DNA of 64,000 bases from Blastocystis sp. Blastoise (taxonomy: Eukaryota > Protista > Bigyra: Opalinata). Below are positions 20,959 to 37,100 of this stretch, in pieces; position 1 is the stretch's first letter, and each line of letters opens with the position of its first letter. A program made the position numbers and the translations under genes. Location of the stretch: assembly GCA_039096225.1 (NCBI GenBank), contig JBBPEB010000002.1, positions 744,001-808,000 on the forward strand. Reading direction: 5' to 3'. The notes beneath the pieces were generated by a model. The model was not told the origin of the DNA. It did not search any database and saw nothing but the letters and a program-made list of their open reading frames with translations.

Positions 20959-22410
20959 AATAATAAAGATGATTATTATAACTATATATACGAAATATTA
21001 CCGAAAAAAACATTATCTCCTTCACCAAATGAATCTATAGTTAAATATATAAATGGTATTAATTTAGATAATTATTGGAAGAATGGATATATATTAACAT
21101 TTTGCATATTTATTAATGATTAATCGAATTGCCGGAAGATCTTTCTTTGATATCTCACAATATCTTATATTCACGTGGTTATGCCAACAATATGAAGAGA
21201 TAAGATTGATTTAATGTATATATATATATTATTATTATTATTATATATATGTTTATTATTATTAATATACATATTAGTATTATTATACTCTATATTTAAA
21301 TAATATATTATTTTCTTCTAGATGTTAATAATATGAGTATTGAGCAATATATCAATAAATCAATATTATTTCCTTTATTAACTCTTGTACCTCCTATATT
21401 AAATGCCGATCATACTCCTCCTCCTCTTATACCTTCATCTACTTATACTATTCCTTCATTTCCATTCCCACGATTAAGAAACTGTGATCTCCCCATGGGA
21501 ATACATAATTTAGGAAATACTTGCTATATGAATAGTTTTATTCAATTACTAAGTAATAGTGGTTATATAGATGGTTTATTACATATACCTACAGAAGGTA
21601 TAGTAATAAAGAGAAATGATAAAGATATATATACAGATATTCATGTTTGTGTGAAGAACAACCCATTTACTACAGAAAGAAATAATTTAAGAATTACTTC
21701 AATTCCCCACGGGGGACAGCCTATTGTTAGTCAAGATAAAACTCCTGTTTGTTGTGTATCTCTACATGTTAATGATGCTCTCTCTGTTACTAATAGTATA
21801 GGTACTAATATATATAATCCAGATACTATTAATGCTGTTCCTCATTCTAAAAGTAGTTCGGCTTCTATTCCTGTTTCTGTATTCCCACAGCCTCCTAAAC
21901 TTATTGTTCCAGAACCTCTATTAGCTCCTCTTGGCATGTGCGCATCCCCCTCTATCTCACGTGTTCCTTCAATAGATATACCTATTATGCCTTCTATGAC
22001 TTCAAATGACCATTCTTTAGTTTTACCGCCACCAAAATTATCGCCAACTCCATCATCATTAAGAGCTATACAATAACTTATCTGTGATTTAGGTTATGGT
22101 AGTTATCATTGTGGGGATCCTTCGAAATTGATTGATACTTTAACTGATTTTGAAGGAAATAAAAAGGATAAAAACACAATTTGATTTAAGTGAATTTTGT
22201 AATGTTTTATTTGATAAGATTGAGAAAGAAGGAGGAAATAAATGGATTGAAAACATGTTTTACGGGAATATGTGTAGTTGTACCAGTAGTTTAAAATGTT
22301 CCCATGTTTCTCTTCGTAATGAAACTTTTACTATATTAACTGTTAATATTAATAAAGTTAATGTATATATATATTTTATTTGGTTTTATTATTATTATTA
22401 TTATTATTTG

Positions 22411-22477
<67 letters not shown>

Positions 22478-22822
22478 GTCTGTTGAATAAACATTACAGC
22501 AAACAGTTGCTATAAATGAATTACTTGGAGATAACCAATGGAAATGCAGGAATGTTTTAAGAAAGTTAACGCCTATCGACGTACAGTGATCGATTATACG
22601 AAACCATTACTTATGATTAGTATAAATCGTATTCAATTTGACTATAATACAATGACTAGAACTAAGGTATATTATTATTATTATTATTATTATTATTTAT
22701 ATTATTATTATTATTATTATTATTATATAGATTAATTCTTATTGTTCATTCCCTATGATTTTAAATGTATTTCCATATACATATACTGGTCTGATTGGCA
22801 AGAAATATAATACAGCTGGACA

Positions 22823-22857
<35 letters not shown>

Positions 22858-23659
22858 TTATTATTATTATTATTATATAGACTTGTACATGATTCTCTTT
22901 GGGATGTTAAAGATAATGAAAATCCTCATATGTATATATATATATATATATATGTTCTATTCTATAACTCTATATATATATAGAAATGAAGAAGATTGTT
23001 ATTATGAATTAATTGGTATTCTTGTTCATAATGGTACTGCTGGTATATATATTATATAATATATATATCTTCTTTCTTAATAACTCTATATATATATAGA
23101 TAGTGGACATTACTATTATTTCGGTAAATCAGAGAATCCCATGAATAAGCAACGTTACGGTGACGAATCCGATGATTTTACAACGGATAAAGATCAATGG
23201 TATTTATATAATGATAGTGAAGTACTAGAATTTAATCCTGAAAAAATTGAACAAGATTGTTTTGGAGGAAAAGAAAAGGTATATATATATATATGTAATA
23301 ATTATGATTATATTTTATTCTATTATATGCATTATATTATTACTCAAAATTCTTTATAATTTCTTAATTATATATATATATATAAGATAATACAGAAAAG
23401 ACTTATAGTGCTACTGTACTTCTTTATAGTCGTATTCAGCATCATAAGGATATGACACCCATTCCTTCTTTTGCTAAACAATCAAATGACTCTTATTCTA
23501 CATCTATATCCCCGCGGTTATCAGGATCCTTCTCTTCTATGAATAATAATACTTCTGCTCCTCCTTGTAGTTCCTTATAAACTTATACATGTAATAATAT
23601 TAAGAGAAGTGATACATTATTTGAACTCTATTCACCTTATATTGGTATATATATATATA

Positions 23660-23721
<62 letters not shown>

Positions 23722-23816
23722 AGAATATTTATTTAGGTATAAATATAATACAAATGTTAAAATATCATAAAGAAAAAGGATTTGAAGATATTGAAAAATA
23801 TCCAGATATGCTTAAA
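20959..23816 (+). pseudogene. Ubiquitin-specific protease (peptidase C19) fragment
   Basis: Cys box GIHNLGNTCYMNSFIQ; His box YELIGILVHNG..SGHYY; WYLYNDSEV..DCFGG. In-frame stop at 22074-22076 and frameshifts. Confidence 0.8.
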
Positions 23817-24391
23817 GTATATAATTATTATTATTATTATTAGTATTATTGAATATAATTTTGTTTATACTTTATCTTTTTATATATATTTATATGTACC
23901 TATTATATAGGTAGCTGTTCTATATTATATATATATTTTTTCATCTGCTTATGAACCAATTTCTATTTGGTCTCAAACTATAAAAATATGGTATATATAT
24001 ATATATTTACTTATTTATTATTATACTTATTATTATATTTATATAGTTTAATATGTTCACCAAGTGTGTCTCTTTGGTTCTTAACTATATATATAATCAT
24101 ACTTCTATTTATCCTCTTCTCTCTCCTCTTTGTCCTGATAGCTTCTAAAAAGCCACAACAGACTGTCTCTGTAATGCTATGAAAAGCATTACTCTTAAAT
24201 ATAAACAAGAGTATATATATATTATATTATATATATATATCATTATAAGTATAATTTATATTTATTATTATCTTTTTAAATTATAAAATATTATTAATAT
24301 TGAGCTATTCTTTATTGTTTTTATATTACATTATTATATATTATTATTATATATTATTATTATATATTTATTATTATATTTCCCTTAATAG

Positions 24392-27300
24392 ATTTACATG
24401 TCCTTCTCCTCTTGTATTATGTCCTGATAATACATGTAAACCTTCATCTTTTTATTGTTTTCAAACACCTCTTTGTCGATCTCCTTATATAAATTGTCCT
24501 AATGGAGGATGTGCTTTATTCTATCAACAATGTAGACCTAGTATCTTATGTACTTTTGAAAAACCTATTCTTTGTGATAATGGTACTTGTGTTGAAAAGA
24601 ATCAAGATTGTTATTCACAAATTCACTTTATTGAAAGAAATCAACAAGGAAGTATATATATATATATTATATATAAAATAATAATAATATATTTTTTAGA
24701 AACAACTACAACTACAAATATAACTATTCCTTCTTCTTCAATATTATTAACATCTCATTGTCCTTCTGCTTATCCATATTATTGTTCTTCTAGTAAAACA
24801 TGTGTACGAAATAGTTTATTATGTTCAAGTCCTGTTATTTGTCCTACTACGAGTCCTATATTATGTGATACTGGTTATTGTGTATCTTCTTATTCATTAT
24901 GTACTGATGAATCTAATTATCATTGTCCATTAGGATTCTATATGTGTGATTATCAAAAAATATGTGTAGAACATTCTTATTTATGTCCTACTATATCTGT
25001 ATGTAGAGATAATGAAATGAGATGTGAAGATGGAGGTTGTTATATGATTGAAGATAGTACTTATGGTGTTACCAATATATTCCCTTATATCTATAATTCT
25101 TTACAAGAATATAATGAAGAATATTTAGATATAACAGAATATCATGAAAAATCAGATTTAAATATAAAACATACTATAGAACAATGTGTTAGTAAATATT
25201 TAGAAATGTATATTGATGTATGTAATATATATAATAATAAAGAAGATATAAATAATTGTATTGATAAAATAAAAGATCGATATCAACATTTATGTTCACG
25301 TAATTATCAATTTTATCCTTGTAGAAGATATAATATACATTATAGTGATGATAGTTATTATATATATAGTATATCTCCCTATTTTATACCTACAGGAGAT
25401 CCTATTGCTTCTATAGAAGGATCTTTAACTTCGATAAATAAATATTATTGGGATCCATTATCTACAGATACATCCTTTCAATCGAATATCTTATCGAATT
25501 CTATTCCTCCTCCTCTTTGTCCTAAAGGTAGTAAACGATGTATAGAGGGTAGTTGTATATCTCAAAGTGAACAATGTCCTTCTTATCGTATATGTCCAAG
25601 AAATAAACCTATTTTATGTAGTGATGGATTATGTCATTATCATCAGAATCAATGTCTTAATACTATTCATTGTCCTATTAATTATAAATTATGTAATGAT
25701 GGTAGTTGTGTATTTATAACAAAGAAATGTCCATTATTATATTGTCCAACTACAAATCCTATATTATGTTGGGATCAATCATGTCATGTTTCTGAAGATG
25801 ATTGTCCACCTATACCTCCTTATGTACCTTCTAATTGTCTTAATGGAAAATGTATTACTACAGGAGCAAGACAAGTTACAAAATTTACTAGTTTTTGTAG
25901 TATTCATGGAGAATATGTTAAAGATCGAAGTGATTGTATTAATGGATATGAAGGTTATTATAGTATGTGTTTATTGTTATTTTATTTTATTTTTTTTTTA
26001 TTATTTGTATTTTTTTTTATTTTATAATAAATATCTTTTTATAGATAAATATTCAATGGAAAGTGATCATTATGTGACTGGTTTTTGTAGTTATGATAAA
26101 TATTTATGTTCTGATGGTACATGTGTTCGTGATTCTTCTTTATGTTCTGAACCTTTATGTCCTATGTTTAAACCTTATAAATGTATTTCAGGATTATGTG
26201 TATCTTCAAAAGAAGAATGTACATCGAATGATAATTGTAATAATGATCAATTTAGTGGATGGTGTCATAATACATTAATATGTTATACAAAAGATAGTTC
26301 AAAGAATAATATAGATATTTATCATTCTTCTTGTGATTGGACTTGTAATACTAATGGATATATACGTTGTTTAGATGGTACATGTCGTCAATCTATAGAA
26401 GATTGTCCTCTTTCGAATGGTTGCTCTTCTTCTAAACCTAAATCATGTTATAATGGTGAATGTATTAAAGAAGATGAAGAATGTAGTCGTATGTTTGTTT
26501 TATTATTTTATTTTTTTATAATAATTATATTTATATTTATAATAATAATAATAATAATAAATATTATGTAGCTTTATGTGTTGCTCCATATAAACAATGT
26601 GAGAATGGTTTGTGTATGATATCTACTTTTTATTGTCCTTATTCTTCTTATTCATTTATTCCTGAAGATACATCTCCTTCTCCTTCTTTATTTGAAACTT
26701 CATTATTGAATACAGATATAAATAATAATAGTTATATAAATAAAATAATGAATAATATAAAATCTATAATAAATACTCTATATAATACAATAATCGATTC
26801 TTTTATGAAATATATGGATAAATCTTTCTTTACAGAAAATAATCTTCAGAAAACATCTCCTTTATTAAATGAATATGAACATAAATTATTTAACAAAAAT
26901 AATAATACTAATAATAAACTATCCTTATTTTCTTCAGAACTCTTTGAATCTCCTTTAGTTTATTTTGTAGATCGTCAATATTTATATTCTTATTTTTCTA
27001 GTCTTCCTTCATTATGTAGTGAAGATAAACCAATTCGATGTGCTATAGGTATATGTGTGAAATCGTATACAGATTGTCCTTTGATTATGCCTTGTAATAC
27101 AAGTAATTATAATACAAATTATATTCGTTGTTCTGATGGTAGTTGTCGTGCTTCTTCTTCTTTATGTACTGATCGAACTATATGTACATCTCCTTATAAT
27201 TATATGTGTAAAACAGGATTATATAATGGATTATGTGTTGAAAAAGAAGAAGATTGTCTTAGTGATAATGGTAGGTTTATTATTATTATATATTAATTAA

Positions 27301-27950
27301 TAAATAAAAATTATAAATAATAATAATATTATATATAGGTTGTCCATTATCTTCTCCTTATAAATGTCCAACAGGTCGTTGTGTGAAATATTCTTATAAT
27401 TGTACAACTGAATATACCTATCATTCTTGTCCTCATGAAAGACCTTATAAATGTATTCGAGGAGAATGCGTAAGGAATGCTAATGAATGTACATTTATTA
27501 ATGGTTGTTCTCCTCTTCATCCTATATTATGTTCTAATGGTACTTGTGTTTCTACAAGAAATGAATGTTCGTCTATTCTAAATTCAAATATTATTTCTTG
27601 TCCTATAAATCAATCTTATATATGTCCAAATGGTCAATGTGTTTCTCATCCTTCACAATGTTTATTATTCAATAAATGTTCTATATATCATTCTCAAGCA
27701 TGTGCTTCTGGAGATTGTATTCCTTTACATGGTCAACGATATTCACCTATTTTATTATCTTTAAATATTATAAATGAAGATCAATCTGATAATTATTATA
27801 ATTCTATAGAAAATTATATATTATTATATAAAAATAGTCTAAATGAATTTATAATACTCTGATTCTTCGTATATTTTATATAACAATATGAAAACTTCCT
27901 TTTAATATTATGAATACATTATCTATGTATTCTTTATTAGTATATATAAT
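24392..27950 (+). pseudogene. Cysteine-rich repeat protein fragment (CPxxxPxLCxDGxCV repeats), multi-exon
   Basis: ORFs 24300-26027, 25786-26571, 26610-27296 and 27383-27862 joined by short introns. No clear start codon or signal peptide. Confidence 0.75.
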
Positions 27951-28138
27951 ATCTCCTTTATATTTTTTCCGTTAATGTTGTCAACTATTTCCGTATTTAC
28001 AAATTAAAAATAAAATTATATATGATAATTAGAAACTTAAATGAAAGCACGTAAATTTATATATAAACCAAACAAAAGATTATTATATATATTTGGATTT
28101 ATATGTAATACATAATCAATATATGGATATGCTTTTGA

Positions 28139-30673
28139 GTTATATTATATCACGTGTATATGTTCGTGGAATAAATACTGTGGTGGTTGTAACTTCGTCG
28201 GCACTTGCTAAAGTATCTTGATGTTTTCTTTTAGTTTGGTGAACCTCATTCTATATATATATAAATTATATAAACATGATGTACAGAATATAATAATAGT
28301 TACATATAGGTTCATATATGTTATATACACAGCAATAATCTTCGTCATTGTCTTCATTTGATTCCTTGAAGTTATGGATATCACATACTATAACATTTGT
28401 TGGAACTATTTTTTTGATATTAATATATGTCTCATCTAGATTATATGGATCTTTATATATTAAATTATTTGAATTATATATTTTAAAAAAAAGACCACTC
28501 TTTGATGATTTCGTATCAGGATAATGATGAGCCTTTACAATAAATAAGTCTTCTATTTGAATGTATTCTAGTGCCTTTACTAAGCAAACATGGCTTGTTC
28601 CATTTATGTAATCATAATACATCAAATAGGAGTTATCTAATTTTTCTACTCCTTCGTCAATGTCTGTGCACGTAAAAGATAATGAATCATTGATCAAAAT
28701 CTCCGAATATCTAAAGATATTTAATTTCTTGGTGTTCTCCATTACATTATGAAAATTACTTGAATCTCTTAATAATTCTATTCTGCTTTCTGTAGTTATA
28801 TCACCAACATTTAGATTTGAAAATAATTTATTATTAATGTATACGCTATTCATTCTTATTATATGCTTCAAGAATAACTCCGTAAATAATTGAGTATTAT
28901 TATTATTAATACTTTCTCTTATGCCCTTTACTGAATAAATCTTCTGATTTTGGTCAGTAACGTAGTAAACACACTCATAAGCATTAAATGTAACAACATG
29001 AGCTGCTATTGAACTACTCTCCGACTCTAATGAACTATTAATTATTGAAGATGCTATATCTATATCTATTATTTCTTTAAAAGCCATGCTAATTATTGAA
29101 GATTTATTGAAGAAGAATCTTCCATGTGTAAGACGTTTTATTGATGAATAAAACCTTTCAGATTCCCAGGTACTAGTATATTGAAGAGATCCGGCATTTT
29201 GAATTGATTTCGTTAAATGAGAGAAATAATGTATCTGACTATTGATAAATTCTTTTGGCAAAACTAGATCACATAAGAAGAGGAATATATAACACTTAGA
29301 GTTTATTATGCTTAAATCTTCTATTGTTAACATTTGATTCTTTAAAGTACATAACATAATTATATCAGCTTGAATTTCTACTAAAGGAACTAATAACGAA
29401 TCTGTCTGATTAAAGTCTGATATTATTAGTGGTAATATATATGAAGCAAAGAAGATTCTACTGTGTGATGTCATTTTATAAAAACTGGTTTCTTCCAAAG
29501 CGAAGCGAAATTGATTTTCACTATCATAGAAAAAAGAATTTACATATTCTAATCTACTCTTCAGTATTTTAATATTATCTGATGATAATTGTAGTCTCTT
29601 TAGTATTTCATCAGGCTTATTGTATTTATGTTTATTTAAAATATCTGTATATTTCATTGTGTCAAATCCTAATAATAATGACAGAAGAAGAACTATGGTG
29701 TTGTTAAACATGTGCATTGGATCAATATTATAGCTCGTTGCTGCATTAAAATATGGAAGTCTTTCGAATACACTTATTTTTGAATTAATACCGTTCATAG
29801 AAGTTCTTGATGAGGTTTCTTCTCTTGCTATCTCAATAGTTTCTTTTGTATTATCTTCACATATTATTGTAGAATATGCATCAGATTGGGTTTCACTCTT
29901 GAAATACTTAGTATAATTTATGCATTTAATACCGTTGATAATACAATCTTCTTTAACTGTTATTAGACTAGTAGAAATAGGATAGAAGATGGTTGTAGTT
30001 GTAGATGAAGGAGAATAATCTATGAATGGCTTTATAATTGAATACGAAGTCTTTATACCCTTATGGAAGTTATCGTTATCTTTTTGAATATGTAAATTAC
30101 AGAATCTGCATGGATAATTTGAAGCTGGTCCCGTGAATTCACCTATTTTCTGAATTTCAGCAGTATCACCATACACTTCTAAGAGAATTCCAACTACTCT
30201 TTTTTCTTCAAGCAAACCATTATTACAAACAAGCATTGGTATTCCATCTTTCAAAAGTAGAAGTTCTTTTACTAATAGCTGTAAAGCAATGCTACGTTCG
30301 TCTGTAGAAGAAACCGTAAATACCCAAAACTTCCTTTTATCATATAATCTTATGGGCTTATAATTTAGTAGTTTGATGAGTACTGGTTGGGAGCTTTTAT
30401 TCTTTTCTATTAATGGAGAATTATATACAGAAATTCCATCTGAAGTTACGGTGAAGAACAAAAATATATCACCGTTGTTATGAACTGTTTTCATGTACTC
30501 CTTAAAATTATCTCCATTCATGTATAAAGGAAGACTTTTATTTGAAACATAATTATCATGTAATGCTGGTTCTATATCTTCTTTATTATATAATTCAATA
30601 TCTTGAATTAATTTTTCGCTTTTGAGGAGTTGCTTAATACGAGATATCAGTGGTAAAACTGTGGTATATCTAA

Positions 30674-30711
<38 letters not shown>

Positions 30712-31038
30712 CATAATATCATATAATTAATATAATATAATTTAATATAATATAATATAATGTATAGATTTTATACATAACGATATTTATATATATTTAT
30801 AACTATGTTCTATTAAATATGTATATATATATATTAATGTATATCATTGAATATTATATATAATATAATATATATTATATAATTATATATAACATATATA
30901 TATAGGTATATACGAGAGCCGTCACAATTTACAGAGTTGCAATTATTTCTAGAATTTGTAGAAATATTTCTACCTGTATTAAAGTCAACTAATATTTTAC
31001 ATTCTTCACACCAAAATATATTTATACTAAATGGCATA
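28139..31038 (-). CDS. CMC DDE transposase of the 16025-41582 element, 3' portion
   Basis: VTSDGIS, YGDTA..FTG..YPCRFC, IDPMH, IHYFSH, TWESERFYSSIKR; collinear with 13051..14550; exon MPFSINIFWCEEC at ~30910-31037. Confidence 0.85.
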
Positions 31039-32701
31039 CACTGGTAGGCATTTTCACGGATATCAAAAAAGCGACAAATGAGAAAAAGTAAACAAAAAAT
31101 TTTAAGACACTTTTCAGTCATAGCGAATAGAGTGGCCAAAAAATAGACTAATTTTGTCGGGTATGTTGTTTGTTTTTATTCGTTCAGAATTCTTTTAGAA
31201 ACGTCATTTTTTATTTATTTATCGTTGTGTGAATGATAATAAAAATATATATAACAAAAGACAATAGATAATAATAAAAAAATAATAACAATAATAAAGA
31301 TAATAAAATAATAATTATTTATAATATTTTTGAGTAATTTGATATCATTTTGGATCACTATATATACATAAATGATAGAAATGATAATAATATAGATAAC
31401 ATATAAATATATACCTTTATGTATCACTTGTAGAATACCCCTTGAAGAAAAACCACAACTATAAAAATATAATTTATAAAAATAAATATATTATAATAAT
31501 ATACCTTCAACCACCAAACAGACTAGACCAAGAGAAACCTCATGAAGGACCTAGAACCTATATAAAAATAAAAGTAGTTAATTTTAAAAAAATAAAATAT
31601 AATAAAATACCTTCAAAACCAGGGAGTTGTTAACCAAGGAGACCGACAACAACACCTGAACCTATAGAAGATGATAATAATAATAACAAAGAGAATGCTA
31701 AAAATATATACCTTTAATAGTACAAGATTTCTAGTTACATAGACCCCACAACTCATTGTTTAACTATAGAGGATAAAGAAGAATGAAAAGAAACATACCT
31801 TTAAAGAAGAAGACCAATTAGGACCTATTTGAATCTATTTGGATAGACCATGAAGACTATAAAGTTTAAGGCAAATAAAAAATATTATATACATCTTATA
31901 ATATATAAAAAATATCTGAAAAATAAATAAAAATAAAAATAAATATGTGAAAATATTAAATCTTAAAAATAAAGAGAAATTCCCCCTTATAAAATCTTTT
32001 TTTCTATAATAAAAGTTTGTGTAAATTCGTTGTTTCCAGGGGTTAAAACATTTTAAAAATTTCCCTTTTTCTCTTTTATAAAGTCTATTTGAATTTTTAA
32101 TTGATATATAAATGTTATATGTGTACATTAAGCTTAATTATTTAATTATAACAGATTTCCGGACTTAATTAAACAAGAAAATTGTTATTTTAATAAACTA
32201 TAATTACAATTAAATATATTTGTTAGCTATTTTTATATAATACTATTCTATTTATAATAAGAATGCAATAGAGAATCAAAAAATATATTTAGTATAGCTA
32301 TTTATGAAGATACAATTTACAATTGGCAACTTTTGTTTTATAATATGTTTTAGTTCAACGAATCATATATTATTATTAGTGAATAAATAAACTGAGAATG
32401 TCTGAGAGGTTTGTAAGTGGTTTTAGACATTATAAAGAATATCATAAAATATAAATAGAAACTGTATTTATGTTAAACTCCTTTTTATGTTATTCCAAAA
32501 GAATTCTTTTAAAATATTTTTATTCTCAAATACTACAAAACAAAATGTATATAAAAAATAAATATAACACAATAAAAAATAGATAAAATAGATATTAGAT
32601 AATATATATAAATATAAGTAACATATCATTATAATACATATAATATGTATATGTAAGGAACTTCTTTCTATCCTATATATATATATGACTATAAAACTAT
32701 G

Positions 32702-32742
<41 letters not shown>

Positions 32743-34074
32743 ATAAAGAGTAGATTAGTTGCGGCTGTGGGTATACCTGTTCTTTAAGGAGTATGAGAGA
32801 GTAATATATAGGGAGAAAGGAAAGGAGGATACTAGAATATAACGAGAAGAGTTAAGGAATAGAAAGGAAGGGAGAGACACTATGAAGGGATAGAATAAGA
32901 TAGATAATATAATGCCAATTAATAAGTATAATAATAATAATAGCTATAATAACTATAATATATATACAAGATAAATAACCATGCTTCTGATAATCATGGT
33001 TATCAAGGAGAGACATAAAACGCTGGTATTATAGGAGGTATATAGTAAGTATATATATATTGATGTATTTGTGGTTTATAAATATATAATGTCATATCTA
33101 TCATATGTATAGCATTTTAATATCTATATATACATTAATTATAAATATAAAATAGTTAATACTATGTATAATATTTTATATCAAAAGTTTTATAGTGTAT
33201 AATTAAATATACAATTGAGAAATACTGGAGAAGTAATATTCCCCGCGATTAAGGATTCATAAAGACAGCACCCACAATAATACTGGAAGATGAAGAAGGA
33301 GAAATATGGAGAACTGTACATAACCACGGGGATAATAAGTATATCTAAAAAAAATAGAAACTAAATATTATATATATATATACATATTCTATAAATTATT
33401 TAATAAGAAGATCTTGTTTAGTAAGTAGCTGACAGAGGGATTCAAACATCCATAAAATACATAGATTCTATATAATAATAATAGTAATATATAATAATAT
33501 ATAGATTCTATATAAAATAATAATAATAAATATAATAATAATAATAATAAATATCTATATATATATAGCATACATAAGGGAAATACATGACTATAGAGCT
33601 ATATATTCCTTTATATTTATAAATTATTCCTAATGCTTGTTATGTATATTTATGTTTATGTATATATATTAAGGAATGAATAAGAAGAAAGAATAAGAGG
33701 AACACGAGGTAATAAATAAGGATGAGAAGGAGTTAAGAAGGTATCTATATATAATAATAATAATAATAATATATACATATATATACAATTTAAATCTTTA
33801 TTTTTTAACTGGACAAATACATATCAATTTATATATATATATATAATTCTGCACAATAACTACATTCAGATGCTAATATATCAATTTATATATATATATA
33901 TAATTCTGCACAATAACTACATTCAGATGCTAATATAATTATTTATATTTGTGATATAGGGTTTCATAAACTATATATTTATAAATATAAATAATAATTA
34001 TAATTATAATAAATATAATAATAATAGATATAATAATAATAATAAATATAATAATAGATATAATAATAAATATA

Positions 34075-34113
<39 letters not shown>

Positions 34114-37100
34114 TAATAATACTAATAAATATAATAATAATAAATATAATAAATATAAATATAATAATAATAAATATAATAAACATAACAATATATACCT
34201 TTTTTATTAGGTTCAAAATTAAATCCAAAATCTCTACTGGCAACTCTCATTCTCCCTCCAGATCGAGGAGGGGGAAGTGGGGGTAATGCTGATGATGATA
34301 TATTCAATTTATTATTATTATTATTATTAATATTATTATTATTATTCTTTCCTAAAGTAATAATATTATTATGATGAGAAATAGCTATTCTATCTTTATT
34401 TGTAGGAGTTAATAATATATTATTAGCACAATGATTATTATGTATATCATAAGTATAATCAATACAAGTATTAAGATCTGAAGATTGTAACGTTGATTTG
34501 ATTTGATTGGCTATTGTTGAAGATAAATGTGCGGATAACGGACTGTTAACATTCTGAGGAATAGTATTTTTATCATTATTATCATTAGTATTATTATTAG
34601 TATAATTATTATCATTTTCAAATAATTCACCATTACTAATACTATTGATTCTCTTTAGAGGAATAGGAGAAGTACTTTTCGATAAGGTGATATTTCTATA
34701 TCATTATCTGCTTCTTTATATATAGTATCCATATTAATTGGACGTATTTCAGAGAATGAAGATGAATTTCCTTGTGTAGTAGTAGTATATATTTCATTGC
34801 GATCACCATCAAATACTATTTCATTAGTATTATTCACTTCATAAGGAGAAACAGATGTAGATGAAGGCATAGGAGTAATAGAAGCTTTTGGAAATGGTAT
34901 TTCTGAATCATATTCTAAAGGATCTAAAGAATTTCTATTCGAACCAGAAAGATGATGAGAGAAAGAATGTATATTATTATTAGTAGTAGTATCAACTTAT
35001 AATTCATTACTATTGATTAATATATTATATGATATAGGAGGAGGAGTAGCCTATTTGATATAGAACTATTTACAATAGGTGACGAAACACAATCATTATT
35101 TTCATGATAGCTACTATTTGAGTCTTGTTTCATCAGGTGGTGTTGACTATTATATTGTAAATTCAAGAGAGAAAGAGGAATAGAAGAAGGTGGAGTTGTT
35201 GATCAAGATGGAGGTATATATGTAGATGTACCTATATGAGTTGAAGGAGTAGATACATGTATTGATGAAGGATATGAATGACCTAATAATTTATTAGCTG
35301 TTATGTTATTATTATTATTATTTATTGAAGATATAAAAGGCATATTATTATTATTATTATTATTATTATGATTATTAGTATTAATACTATTCATACTAAT
35401 TTTCTTTTCTAAGAAAAAAATATGTATTACTTCAGGTTTATAGAAAGGAGTTAATATATAGAAAGCATCAAGTAATGCAGAGGTAAATAATTGCTGTATT
35501 ATATAAGAATTTGAAAAAGATGGAGTTAATAAAGAAAAATAAATTTCTATTATCATTTGTATAGATGCAGAATCTATATAATATTAATAATTATTAGATA
35601 TTATAAATATTTAAAAAAATGAAATTATATATATATATACCTTTATGACATATATTGGCTAATATATATATATCTCTTTGCCACCTCTGTAACATTCTAA
35701 TATATACCTCATCCGATATATGGTCATCCACCAAATTATCTAAAGCCTTCTCTATATATATATTATATAAACATATGTATATATATTATATACTATAAAT
35801 ATATATACTTCTTTTAATATCTAAAGATAATGTTGTTCAATAACCAGTCAATTTATCTTGATCATCTCTATATATAATATTATATACAAATATACATAAT
35901 CATATATATATACAATTTAGTTAAAGCAGCAAGATAAAGTAATAGAATATCTTTAAATAAAAAATATTATCATCTTTTTCATATCTTAAACATTTATGTA
36001 TATAATCACATATTTCTGTATCCATATAATTAGTAATATGTATAATATCATATATAAAGTTGATAATAGAACGATATTGCTTTGTTATTGTAGTATCTGC
36101 AGAATTATCACGATATATATATATATATATCATATAAATGTGTTCCTTGTACTAACATATATATTATGGAAACATCCTATATATTATTATTATTATTTAT
36201 AATATAATAATCTTTATTAAATAATAATAAGAATTAATAAAATAATAATAATAATATGTATATACATTAATGAGTATATCTGGATAGTTCTTATATAATA
36301 ATATATAGATCATAAATGGGTTTTGAGAGGTAGATAATATCTTATAGAGATTCGGAGTAGATGTAACTACTGTATGATAATATTCAAAATATAACCTATA
36401 TATATATAGTACAATATATATTCTATTTAGTATAGTATATAAATATTATAATATAATATTCTGTTATATAATAATAATAGGATAAATATTAATAATATAT
36501 ATATATATATATATACTTAATAGCTTGAAAGTTGATTTTATGAAACATCCAAAAGCATAGGATAATGATTAATAAATATAATTATATAAGAACCATTTTC
36601 TTTATCTTTCATAAATGTAAAGAAAAAACAATACATTATTTTCTATATAAATAATAATCATATAGTATATATTAGTATATATAAATATAATAATAATATA
36701 TATATATATATATACAAATAATGGTATAGTTGTAGAATCTCTTTATTCTCACAGCATAAGTTAATATATAAGGATAATACTGTATCATAATCTTCAATAG
36801 ATATATATTGAGTAATAAAATGAGAAAATAATATATTATTTATATATATATATCTAATGATAAATATAATACAGTAGAAGCACAAAATAATGTACGTGTC
36901 TATATATATATATAATTAATATTAATCTAATTATTATTTAAAAAATAAAGAAAAATAATATAAGAATAATAAGAATAATAATATATAAATATACAAGTAA
37001 TTGAACAGATTTAACAATGAAGAAACTAGATAGTTTCCCTATATTCGGATTTTTATAAATATCAATAATATAATGCTTTCCAGGGATGGGAGGATTTGGT

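Noticed and set aside
33790-33975. ASECSYCAE resembling a Vps18-type C-terminal RING fragment
   Set aside because: Too short, duplicated and interrupted to assign.
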